Part shown: piece after piece, positions 26,812-35,879 of the stretch
Layout: every line of letters begins with the position of its first letter
How positions within the stretch are numbered: position 1 is the first letter of the stretch
DNA from: Candidatus Thorarchaeota archaeon SMTZ1-45
GTDB taxonomy: Archaea > Asgardarchaeota > Thorarchaeia > Thorarchaeales > Thorarchaeaceae
Assembly: GCA_001563335.1 (NCBI GenBank)
Contig: LRSL01000024.1
Coordinates: forward strand, 1 to 59,167
Reading direction: 5' to 3'
DNA: 59,167 nucleotides
Program-made: the position numbers and the translations under genes
Notes under the pieces: generated by a model
The model's database searches: none
The model's input: the letters and a program-made list of their open reading frames with translations, nothing else
What the model was told of the DNA's origin: nothing

Positions 26812-29648
26812 CTGCATTTACACTACTCAGTGAGGAGATAGCTAGTTTCCTCAGGGCTAATGGTATAGTTCAATTTACTCCAATTCAAGAAAAAGCTGTA
26901 CCTATTCTCTTCAGTGAGTCTGAAAACGCACTTCTTCTAGCGCCTACTGGGAGTGGCAAGACTGAGGCTGCGTTGTTACCACTTCTTCATCGTTTACAAA
27001 GAATGAAAGAAACTCAAGAGCTCTTCGGGTTTTATATCTTGTATATCACACCTCTGAGAGCGTTGAATCGTGATGTTTTCAAGAGAATCGAAGATCTATG
27101 CAATCATCTGGGAATCAGTGTTGCAGTTCGACATGGAGATACATCTCAATACATAAGAAGGAAACAAGCTATCAGACCACCAAACTTACTCATTACAACA
27201 CCTGAGTCTCTCCAAGCAATTTTACCTGGAAAGAGATTAAGATATCATCTAAGAACTGTTTTTGCAGTCATCATTGATGAAGTTCACGATTTGGCTGATA
27301 GTAAGCGAGGAATTCAGCTTAGTCTGGGTCTTGAGAGGCTTGACAGGCTAGTTGGAAACCAAGTAAAACGTATTGGGTTATCAGCTACGGTGGGAAACCC
27401 TAAAGAAGTTGCATTGCTTTTGGGAGGGTTTAGATCTGCAAAAACAGTCTGGGCAGGCTATGGTACACGCAATATGGACCTTAGAGTTGATGTCCCGGTT
27501 CCGACAGATGAGCACCGAGCGTTAGCAAAGAAGATATCATACCCACAACACTCTGTTGCCCGTTTAGACGCAATTATTGACCTTATCAAGAGTCATCAAT
27601 CAGTACTTCTATTCACTAATACTCGTTCATTTTCAGAAGTGCTAGGAGCAAAGATGCGAGCTGTTTCTCCCCCGTTCGAATTTGATGTTCATCATGGGTC
27701 CCTATCCAAGTCTGCTCGACTCAGTGCAGAGGATAGGCTCAAGAGTGGGGTTTCAAGAGCCATCATTGCTACTTCTAGTTTGGAGCTTGGGATTGATATT
27801 GGATTGGCTGATTTGGTAATACAATACTCCTCACCAAGGGAGGTAGCTAGACTTCTTCAACGAGTTGGAAGAGCAGGACATGCTGTTGGCAAGTCTTCAA
27901 AGGGTGTGATTATTGCAACTGTTAATCTTGATGATATTATCGAGTCAGGAGTCATCCTTAGACGAGCTCGTCAGAACAAGGTCGAGGATGCTAAAATACC
28001 CAAAAAATCGTGGGATGTCCTTAGTCACCAGATTGCAGGGGTGCTTCTTGATTTGAATGAGCTTGAAAAAGATGATCTATTGAAACTCGTTAGCTCAGCA
28101 TACCCATTTTCACAGGTCACTTCTGAGGAGTTAGATGGTCTTTTAGATTTCATGAACGAAAGAAAAGCCTTAGAACTCAGTGGTATTATGGTGAAAAAAG
28201 GTCCAAGAACTAGACTTTTCTATTATAATCATCTCAGTACGATTCCTGATGTCAATCAGGTAAACGCAGTGGATTTGACAACACGCACTTCAATAGGAGT
28301 ACTTGATGAGGATTTTGTTTCATCCAATGTTGAATCTGGATCAATATTTGTGATTAGAGGACGTCCTTGGAATGTCATCAGAATAGACGATGAAACAGGA
28401 GAGGTTTTGTGCGTTCCAGCAGGTGGGACTGACTCCGAGGCGCCTCGTTGGGTTGGAGAAATGATTCCTGTCCCATTTGAGGTCGCTTCAGAGGTTGCAA
28501 AGGTTTGGAATACTGTTTTAGATAAAGATCCAAAGACTGTAGGTAAATGGCTAGCAAAAGAATACGGAATATCTCAGGATTCGCTCAGTTATGTGTTAGA
28601 AGTTTTAAGAAACAGTAAGAACTCCCTTGAGAAACTCCCAACTACGAACTGTTTTGTGATTGAGAGCTTTGAAGCTGGATTAGTGCTTCATGCTCCATTA
28701 GGAACAAAGGTCAATGAAACATTGGGGATTGTCGTAGCATCACTCTTAACAACACGTTTTGGTGTTGAAGTGGCAGTAGAACGAGACCCCTATCGAATTC
28801 TATTCACTGCTGGTAAGAGAATCAATCCAAGTTGGGTCATAGATGTTCTTCAAGAGTACTCTGGTGAACAGGTATCAGTCATTCTTCGGTTAGCAGTGAA
28901 ACAAACACAGAACTTTGCCTCAAGGTTCATTCATGTTGCAAGAAGAATGGATATCATAAAGAAAGATGCAAAACAAAAAGAGGTGCCTGTCAAATACCTC
29001 ATAAAATCATTAGAGGGGTCTCCAGTGTTCCAGGAGGTTATGAGAGAGGTCTTAGATGATAAATTAGATGAGGAAAGAGTTAGAGAGATCTTTGACAAGT
29101 ATTCCAGTGGGGAACTTGATGTTCACATAGTAGTCACTGAAAACCCATCACCTCTTGCACGACTTATTATTGAGGAAAAGACCAGATTTGAGGTCATGGG
29201 AGAGATTACTGATGAGAATGAAGTACTTCGAATGATGGAAGAACGATTACTCGCTACGAGATTCAGGCTCATCTGCATGGCGGAAAACCATTGGAACTCA
29301 GTTAGGACTCTGTCTACACTTGACGAGGAAGTAATATGCCCTATTTGCGGATCAATGATGATTGCGGCAATATCACCAACATCAAAGGATTTCCCCAAAA
29401 CACTTGCAAAACGGATGCATGGCGAGAAACTCACAAGAAGCGAAGAAAAAGAACATAGAACCGCATCACTTACCGCAGAGCTAGTTTCAAGATATGGTAA
29501 GACCGCATTATTGGTCTTGGCAGGAAGAGGAATTGGAGCAACCACAGCGTCCAGGATTCTCAAACCAAGCTTGAAGGATAGACTTGAGATTCTCAAGGCT
29601 ATAGCCAAAGGAGAATTACAGTATGAAAGAACCAGACCGTACTGGTAA
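26808..29648 (+). CDS. lhr: Lhr-like SF2 helicase
   Basis: APTGSGKT, ITTPES, DEVH, HHGSLS, LELGIDIG, QRVGRAGH, C-terminal CPIC. Confidence 0.93.
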   Translation: MTAFTLLSEEIASFLRANGIVQFTPIQEKAVPILFSESENALLLAPTGSGKTEAALLPLLHRLQRMKETQELFGFYILYITPLRALNRDVFKRIEDLCNHLGISVAVRHGDTSQYIRRKQAIRPPNLLITTPESLQAILPGKRLRYHLRTVFAVIIDEVHDLADSKRGIQLSLGLERLDRLVGNQVKRIGLSATVGNPKEVALLLGGFRSAKTVWAGYGTRNMDLRVDVPVPTDEHRALAKKISYPQHSVARLDAIIDLIKSHQSVLLFTNTRSFSEVLGAKMRAVSPPFEFDVHHGSLSKSARLSAEDRLKSGVSRAIIATSSLELGIDIGLADLVIQYSSPREVARLLQRVGRAGHAVGKSSKGVIIATVNLDDIIESGVILRRARQNKVEDAKIPKKSWDVLSHQIAGVLLDLNELEKDDLLKLVSSAYPFSQVTSEELDGLLDFMNERKALELSGIMVKKGPRTRLFYYNHLSTIPDVNQVNAVDLTTRTSIGVLDEDFVSSNVESGSIFVIRGRPWNVIRIDDETGEVLCVPAGGTDSEAPRWVGEMIPVPFEVASEVAKVWNTVLDKDPKTVGKWLAKEYGISQDSLSYVLEVLRNSKNSLEKLPTTNCFVIESFEAGLVLHAPLGTKVNETLGIVVASLLTTRFGVEVAVERDPYRILFTAGKRINPSWVIDVLQEYSGEQVSVILRLAVKQTQNFASRFIHVARRMDIIKKDAKQKEVPVKYLIKSLEGSPVFQEVMREVLDDKLDEERVREIFDKYSSGELDVHIVVTENPSPLARLIIEEKTRFEVMGEITDENEVLRMMEERLLATRFRLICMAENHWNSVRTLSTLDEEVICPICGSMMIAAISPTSKDFPKTLAKRMHGEKLTRSEEKEHRTASLTAELVSRYGKTALLVLAGRGIGATTASRILKPSLKDRLEILKAIAKGELQYERTRPYW

Positions 29649-30249
29649 CCAAAGGAAACCTATGATTGTATTTGCTGGGAGGAGCAATGTTGGAAAGAGT
29701 AGTACGATTCGTGCGCTCACTGGAAAAAAAGTACGAATAGGTAAGAAGCCGGGAAGCACTCGATGGGAGTTAATGATTGACTATGGTCCAATCACAATTG
29801 TGGACATTCCTGGGTTCGGGTACATAGCAGGACAAAGTAAGACTCTGATAGAGGAAACAAAGAAAAATGTCATTCAAAAGCTGGAGGAGTGGAAAGATGA
29901 CATAATCTTGGCAGTTCTAATCATCGACATTTCTCTCTTCAGGGAGTTATATGAGAGATGGTCATCTCGCGGAGAGATTCCCATTGATGTTGAGTTCTAT
30001 AGTTTCCTATCAGAAATCTCTCAAAATGTGATTGTGGTAGCTAATAAGAGTGACAAGGTCAAAAAACGTACTCTCCAAATCGAGTTGGATTTCTTGGTAA
30101 CCAAGCTCAAAGAAGCGAGTTCAACCAAAGATCCCATTGTGGTGCTTGCATCAGCTAAGAAGAAACAAGGATTGTCATATCTAGCATCAATGATAGATGA
30201 CTTGTTAGTGGACCATGGTTTGGATAGACCACAATGGGCTCTTACCTGA
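29623..30249 (+). CDS. engB: GTP-binding protein EngB/YihA
   Basis: GRSNVGKSS, KPGST, DIPGFG, NKSD, SAK. Confidence 0.9.
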   Translation: MKEPDRTGNQRKPMIVFAGRSNVGKSSTIRALTGKKVRIGKKPGSTRWELMIDYGPITIVDIPGFGYIAGQSKTLIEETKKNVIQKLEEWKDDIILAVLIIDISLFRELYERWSSRGEIPIDVEFYSFLSEISQNVIVVANKSDKVKKRTLQIELDFLVTKLKEASSTKDPIVVLASAKKKQGLSYLASMIDDLLVDHGLDRPQWALT

Positions 30250-31339
30250 TTTTTTTGAGTATATAGAAAGCTACTCCTACAGCAAAGACTACAGATGAGA
30301 TGATTAGCATTGGGAGAATTGCACTTGGAGCCTCAACAAACTCCTGGGACAACCAACCCATGATATTCATGAATAGTCGCGCATTATCAGCTGAGTAGAA
30401 CCATCGTAAGCCAGTATTTGGATAATCCAAATTTCTTCCTGTGAACATAAGAGTAGAACCAATTATGACAATCCTGCTCTCATTATACTCGAAAGCAGAC
30501 ATCCAAGAAGGAAAGGTGCCATTTATTGCGGAATAAGAAAGAGGATCTTGCTCAAAATCTGCAAGAGTCATGTTCGGAAAGGAGTAGTTGGCCCAAGTGT
30601 TCGGTCCTTGTCGGAACTGTGCAAATGTAGTATCATAACCTGAGGCAATGCCACTAGCCAGTTCCACTGGCTTCAGGGTGGCAGTCATTACATAGAGCTC
30701 ATTGATATTCCTAAATATTGGATGACTTGCCTCCCAAGTCGTTGGATCTAATTTTAGCATATAGGGATATGATACATTGAACACGGTATGGTCATAATCA
30801 AACATTGTGTCTGCATAGAAGGTCTCAAAATCAGTTGCATTTATGCTGAACCTAACTCCAGTGATATTAATGCTATCAAGAAGATCGTTGATTATTTTGT
30901 TCTCACCCATGTCCTGCATAGTCGCGTCAGCCCAATATCTTGAGCTTTGTTCAATAGTGGGATCACCCAATATGTATAATGAGCTACCATTAGCTAGCAG
31001 CTCAGCAATTCCATCCGATTCTGCAGCAGTGAACGGTGAATTCGAATCGGGACTAGCGATTATGAGAATATCAACATCATTAAGAACTGTGTCAGTCAGT
31101 TCATCATCGGTATTGATTCGTACCATATACCTCGTTGATTCATTGACTGTATCAAGCATGAGTTTCAAGCCATCTTCAACATCAAAGGCATCATGCTGTT
31201 GGTTATGGTTTGCATCATAGAGTACTAGAATGGGGTCTAGATCAGCCTGTGCTCGAACACCAATCTGAAGACTGGATAAGAGAACCATTACTGTCACTGC
31301 TACTGCAAGTACTCTTGTGGCATTCCTGAGCTGATTCAT
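30242..31339 (-). CDS. Type I membrane protein with GIFT (GldG/IFT52/OST48-like) ectodomain
   Basis: Signal peptide, VLYDANHNQ, DILIIASP, GSSLYILGD, SRIVIIGSTLMF, NARLFMNIMGWL, C-terminal TM then KKIR. Confidence 0.65.
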   Translation of the reverse strand: MNQLRNATRVLAVAVTVMVLLSSLQIGVRAQADLDPILVLYDANHNQQHDAFDVEDGLKLMLDTVNESTRYMVRINTDDELTDTVLNDVDILIIASPDSNSPFTAAESDGIAELLANGSSLYILGDPTIEQSSRYWADATMQDMGENKIINDLLDSINITGVRFSINATDFETFYADTMFDYDHTVFNVSYPYMLKLDPTTWEASHPIFRNINELYVMTATLKPVELASGIASGYDTTFAQFRQGPNTWANYSFPNMTLADFEQDPLSYSAINGTFPSWMSAFEYNESRIVIIGSTLMFTGRNLDYPNTGLRWFYSADNARLFMNIMGWLSQEFVEAPSAILPMLIISSVVFAVGVAFYILKKIR

Positions 31340-31421
31340 TTTGATATTCCGACCTTATTGCTCAGTCAGCGTGCCTGACCTTAGGCCGTGTTTTAAAGTT
31401 ATCTTCACATGCTATTATTAG

Positions 31422-31808
31422 TCAATCAGTTCGTCGCCATTCAACATACAGCTTTCGTCGCTCTGTATCAGTTGATTCTCGAGATTCGTATTCCTCACGA
31501 ATCTCAGCGATTCTTTGTGCTAGAAGATGATAACAAAAGGTCGCCTCTCTTGAGATGACTACTTCTTGATAGAAGCTCCTACAGGTGCAGTATAATTCAG
31601 GAATGATAAAGTATTGACGACCTCGACCCATCACAATCCAAGTAGCTGATTCACTTGGTTTGAACTTATATCTGATGATTTTCCTTTCTTCCACTGCCCT
31701 CAGTGCTTTTACAAACTTCTTGCCATACTTATCTTTGAGGTACTCAATATCGTCTTGAGTGAGATTCTCCTTTGAAAGTCGTTTTACTTCGGATTGCGGA
31801 AGGGACAT
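31422..31808 (-). CDS. SWIM zinc-finger protein (SWS1/ZSWIM7-like)
   Basis: YCTCRSF...CYHLLA. Confidence 0.8.
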   Translation of the reverse strand: MSLPQSEVKRLSKENLTQDDIEYLKDKYGKKFVKALRAVEERKIIRYKFKPSESATWIVMGRGRQYFIIPELYCTCRSFYQEVVISREATFCYHLLAQRIAEIREEYESRESTDTERRKLYVEWRRTD

Positions 31809-31872
31809 AATATTCACTTTGTTTTCTTGTATAACCATGTTAAAATGTTGTATATTGGAAGGAAAATCAGCA

Positions 31873-32724
31873 ATGGAAACGATATTCGATGATAGAGGCA
31901 TGATAGTCAAGTATGACGACTCATCAGTCCTTCTAATATCGGACATTCATCTCGGGTTAGAAGAAGAACTTGCTGAGAGCCGGGGTGTGCGGTTTCCACA
32001 TCAACATCCAGCTATGTTAAAGAGATTAGAGAGATTGCTGAAGAAGCATGAAATATCTCATCTAATGATTATTGGAGATGTGAAGCACACTATTCTTACT
32101 GACAGTCATTATAATTGGGAAATCATTCCAGAGTTCATGAAGACTCTGACTGAATTTGTAGAAACAACTGTGATCCCAGGAAATCACGATGGTGATTTGA
32201 CAGCACTTCTTCCTCGAAATGTCAATATAGTTGATGTCCGGGGCATGTTGACTGGACCTGAGAATGAACAGGTGGGTCTCTTACATGGTCACTCTTGGCC
32301 TTCTGCAGATATTTTGGATGCAAAAATGATTGTGGTTGGACATAATCATCCAACAATCCGGAGGGTTAGAGATGCATCGGTTCCTGAGATTGGTCGTTCC
32401 TCAAGACGACGATATGCTGGAACTGTACCTGTTGTCTTGAAGTCGAAATTGAACAAGAACTGTGTCAGAAGTGCGATAGGAGTACTTGAGATTCCTGATG
32501 ATACAATGTGTAGTATAATCACTCTTCCAAGCTTTAATGAGCTGCTGTCAGGCATTTCTGTCAATCATCCAAAGTCTGATTTCCTTGGCCCCCTCTTTGA
32601 AAATCAATGCGCACGTCTCTCAGAGTCCGAGGTATATAGTGTTGATGGAATTTACTTGGGGTCTGTGGAGTGGTTTCGTGAACGTTTCAACGAAATGATT
32701 AAATCCAATCCAACCTGGGACTGA
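31873..32724 (+). CDS. Calcineurin-like metallophosphoesterase
   Basis: SDIHLG, GDVKH, GNHDG, HGH, GHNHP, PSFN. Confidence 0.9.
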   Translation: METIFDDRGMIVKYDDSSVLLISDIHLGLEEELAESRGVRFPHQHPAMLKRLERLLKKHEISHLMIIGDVKHTILTDSHYNWEIIPEFMKTLTEFVETTVIPGNHDGDLTALLPRNVNIVDVRGMLTGPENEQVGLLHGHSWPSADILDAKMIVVGHNHPTIRRVRDASVPEIGRSSRRRYAGTVPVVLKSKLNKNCVRSAIGVLEIPDDTMCSIITLPSFNELLSGISVNHPKSDFLGPLFENQCARLSESEVYSVDGIYLGSVEWFRERFNEMIKSNPTWD

Positions 32725-32735
32725 TTCAGACTCAT

Positions 32736-32812
32736 GGGTCGGTGGTCTAGTTTGGTATGATTCTTGGTTCGGATCCAAGGGATCGCGAGTTCAAATCTCG
32801 TCCGGCCCACCA
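32736..32812 (+). tRNA. tRNA-Pro (CGG), CCA encoded
   Basis: Acceptor GGGTCGG/CCGGCCC, anticodon arm CTTGG-TTCGGAT-CCAAG, T loop TTCAAAT. Confidence 0.93.
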
Positions 32813-32893
32813 CTCATCTTTTTCTGCAGTTCCGCAGTGTTATATGCCTTTGAAGCATATTCTAGGTTTGATTATCTATAAGAAGGTTGTATT

Positions 32894-33358
32894 GTGAAGG
32901 CATTAGCCAAAATCATTGCCGGAGTAACCATTTGTATTGTCATAATTGGTTCGTTCTGGTTTCTGTATGGTTCAAACAATTTTGAAGTGCCTTTCGAAAC
33001 AATTGACAAGGGAGAGATATCAGGTTACGAATCAAGGGACAATGTGACAATACGAGATGGACTTGCTTGGGAGGATCTTTGGACAGAGATGCAGAGTATT
33101 TACTCACATCCTGATGATTTGCCTGAGGTTAACTTCGCAGAAGAGATTGTCATAGGTGTATTCCGTGGCTATTGTGGTTCTGGTGGATATTGGATTAGAA
33201 TCACACGAATTGCTCTAACTGAAACAAACTACATAGTCTATGTGGAAGAGTCGCTACATGGAGGATTTACATGTGTTATCACATATCTGTACCATGTTGT
33301 CAAGATTTCGGGGTATCCATTGAATCTCCCAGTTCAGTTTGTATTTAGCATGGTCTGA
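32894..33358 (+). CDS. Membrane-anchored PrcB C-terminal-like protein
   Basis: N-terminal TM; PEVNF....I.VF.G...SGGY.I.I and VITY.YHVVKI pattern. Confidence 0.65.
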   Translation: MKALAKIIAGVTICIVIIGSFWFLYGSNNFEVPFETIDKGEISGYESRDNVTIRDGLAWEDLWTEMQSIYSHPDDLPEVNFAEEIVIGVFRGYCGSGGYWIRITRIALTETNYIVYVEESLHGGFTCVITYLYHVVKISGYPLNLPVQFVFSMV

Positions 33359-33373
33359 AACAACACGCTACTA

Positions 33374-33847
33374 TTAGTTCTTCACAGACAAAGCATAAAG
33401 AATGATAGCTGCAGTTCCTGCGGGACCAATATCGACTACGGCATCAAGACTACGGCATTCTCCTAAGTCCATCTCCTTTCTTGAGAAAGAACTGGTGCTC
33501 CCAGAAAGCAAAATGGCTATCCGTTCTCCTGATTTTGCTCGTTCAGAGAGCTGATCCAAATCAAGACGCTCCTTTATGAGAACTGGAGATGTGATGAGTA
33601 ATGGATTTTCGATACCAATGACTTCTAGGACGTCCTTAAGATCTGGTAGAACCATGAAGTTCTTTTTCATTTTCAGGGCTAAACGGTTCGCATCAGGGAC
33701 TCCAGCCTGTGCAGCAGATCCTTCAGCCTTTGAAACTATAAAGTTGGAGTACCCAAGTCCGTACACAACTTGAGCTGTTTCGATGGTCTTTGATGCTGAG
33801 TGAATATTATGTAGGACCACATAGATGTTCTTGAGTGAATCAGTCAA
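33374..33847 (-). CDS. DUF2122-type SPOUT-like protein
   Basis: VVLHN..S, KA.GSAAQAGVP, LPDLKD, SGS...FSRKE. Confidence 0.7.
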   Translation of the reverse strand: MTDSLKNIYVVLHNIHSASKTIETAQVVYGLGYSNFIVSKAEGSAAQAGVPDANRLALKMKKNFMVLPDLKDVLEVIGIENPLLITSPVLIKERLDLDQLSERAKSGERIAILLSGSTSSFSRKEMDLGECRSLDAVVDIGPAGTAAIILYALSVKN

Positions 33848-34805
33848 TTTTTGTACAAACCTCCTGTGCGATTAGCTGAGATACTACTGGGGGAACACTC
33901 TCACCCACTTGATTGTATTGACTGTCGGAAAATCCAGTGAAGACAAAGGAGTCTGGATAACTCATTAGTCGTGCATGCTCACGTACAGTCAAGAGTCTGT
34001 TTTCGTAGGGATGAATATACCGAGAGAGACCATTTATTGATGTTGAGAGTTGATCAGGGAAAAGACGGACCCAGTTTGGTAGACTTCTCGCCTTTGAAAC
34101 ACGGAATCTTCTAACGCCTTGACCCCACCGGGTTCTGGATATAGCCTTCATTCTTTCTTCAGAGAGTGGGTAGTCTATATGGTTTGGAACTTCTAACTCT
34201 GGATCAAAGAGTTGGTTCAGTCTAAGACGAGGAAGGTCGCCAATTGCGTCTATGACGGTTGGAGGCGCTTTTCGAGGCAGTTTCAGTCTAATATTGCTGA
34301 TAAAGACGCGAAGTCGTCTAGAGGGATTCCCATGTTGATGAGCTCTAATCATGTTGATCTTGGCATCATCAATACCAACACGTTCGAACTCTTTCTGAAT
34401 TATCTCTTTGCCACCAGCATTGAGTAGTGCTGCTACATTCTCAATGACAAAGACCTGTGGTGAGAGGTCGCCAATAATTCGTATTGCATCCAGTAGCAGT
34501 TTTGCAGATCCCTCACCATAGACTCTCTCAGCTGCAGATTTGCTACTATCAGGATTTGCCTTACTGAACTCCTCACACGGGGGTGATGCAATAATGATAT
34601 TGGGTACTCCATTCAGTGTTTCTTGGATTTGAGTTGAATGAAGGCTGTGAATATCAGTCTGCCAAATAATGGAGTCTGGATAGTTGAGCTTGTATGTTTC
34701 AAGAGATGGAGGATCAGTATCTATGGCGAGATGCGTATCATCAATATAGGATTTGAATCCGTATGAAAATCCGCCTGCACCACAGAATAAATCAAGAATC
34801 TTCAT
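33840..34805 (-). CDS. C5 cytosine DNA methyltransferase (orphan)
   Basis: LDLFCGAGG, SPPC, ENV, RLLTVREHARLMSYPD, QVGESVPP. Confidence 0.92.
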   Translation of the reverse strand: MKILDLFCGAGGFSYGFKSYIDDTHLAIDTDPPSLETYKLNYPDSIIWQTDIHSLHSTQIQETLNGVPNIIIASPPCEEFSKANPDSSKSAAERVYGEGSAKLLLDAIRIIGDLSPQVFVIENVAALLNAGGKEIIQKEFERVGIDDAKINMIRAHQHGNPSRRLRVFISNIRLKLPRKAPPTVIDAIGDLPRLRLNQLFDPELEVPNHIDYPLSEERMKAISRTRWGQGVRRFRVSKARSLPNWVRLFPDQLSTSINGLSRYIHPYENRLLTVREHARLMSYPDSFVFTGFSDSQYNQVGESVPPVVSQLIAQEVCTKID

Positions 34806-34928
34806 GCACTTTTCACAATCCGTCTGATCTGTATTGCATATACCTCTGATTATAACAATGTCGAAGGAAGACTTCAAAAGCACCGATTATCTACGGCGGC
34901 TTTAAACTACTGCTTTGAGTGAGAAAGA

Positions 34929-35870
34929 ATGCCAACAGGTTCAGGAAAAGGTAAGGCAATTCTGTTTGGAGAACACTTTGTGGTCTATGGACTTCCTGCT
35001 CTTGCTGCAGGAATAGCATCAGAAACAACAGCTACAATCACGAGAGTACGTTCCTTTGGTTGGAAACTTGTTGATAACCGACCAGCCATGCCTGGATACA
35101 AGGAAAAGAAGTATGAGGAACAGAAAGCATCGATTGAAAATATGTTGAAACATCTCAATATCGATAGTACAAAGACTGGGTTCCAAATTGATTTGGGGGG
35201 TGATTTGGTATGTGCCTCTGGTATTGGAGCGAGCGCAGCAAGCTGTGTTGCCATTGCTCGAGCATTGAATGAAGAGTATTCGTTAGGTTTGGATGATTAT
35301 CAGATCAATGAAACTGCCTATATTGGAGAGATGGGATATCATGGAACTCCTTCAGGAATTGATAACACCGCATCAACATTTGGTGGCCTAATCTGGTTTG
35401 TACGTGATTTGAACGGAGGAAGTCCCAAGTTCGAAACTCTCAAGCTGGGAAGTTCTGCAGACCTTGTGATTGCATCTACGGGACTAACTGCTAGTACAAA
35501 AGTGGTTGTTAGTGATGTCAGAAAAAAGAAAGATGATGATCCAGATTGGTTTGATTTAATATCAAGAGAATACAATCAGCTAGTTAATGATGCTAGAAAA
35601 GCCTTGATTAAATTAAATTTTGACAAAGTTGGCATTTTAATGAATAAAAATCATGAATTACTGCAAGATTTGACAGTATCCTGCAAAGAACTTGATAATT
35701 TGGTGAATATTGCTCGTGAAAATGGTGCTATCGGCGCTAAGATGACAGGTACAGGGAGAGGAGGAAACATGATAGCGCTAGCTCCTGACAAGACGACAAT
35801 GAAAGGAATTGCATCCGCATTAGAGAGAGGTGGTGCTGCAGGTGTATGGACTACATCATTTGGGGTTTGA
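34929..35870 (+). CDS. mvk: Mevalonate kinase
   Basis: GKAILFGEHFVVYG, SGIGASAA, HGTPSGID, AKMTGTGRGG. Confidence 0.95.
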   Translation: MPTGSGKGKAILFGEHFVVYGLPALAAGIASETTATITRVRSFGWKLVDNRPAMPGYKEKKYEEQKASIENMLKHLNIDSTKTGFQIDLGGDLVCASGIGASAASCVAIARALNEEYSLGLDDYQINETAYIGEMGYHGTPSGIDNTASTFGGLIWFVRDLNGGSPKFETLKLGSSADLVIASTGLTASTKVVVSDVRKKKDDDPDWFDLISREYNQLVNDARKALIKLNFDKVGILMNKNHELLQDLTVSCKELDNLVNIARENGAIGAKMTGTGRGGNMIALAPDKTTMKGIASALERGGAAGVWTTSFGV

Positions 35871-35879
35871 GGTGAGCTG

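Noticed and set aside
32812-34805. Integrated element at tRNA-Pro carrying the methyltransferase
   Set aside because: No integrase and no duplicated tRNA 3' end found by eye
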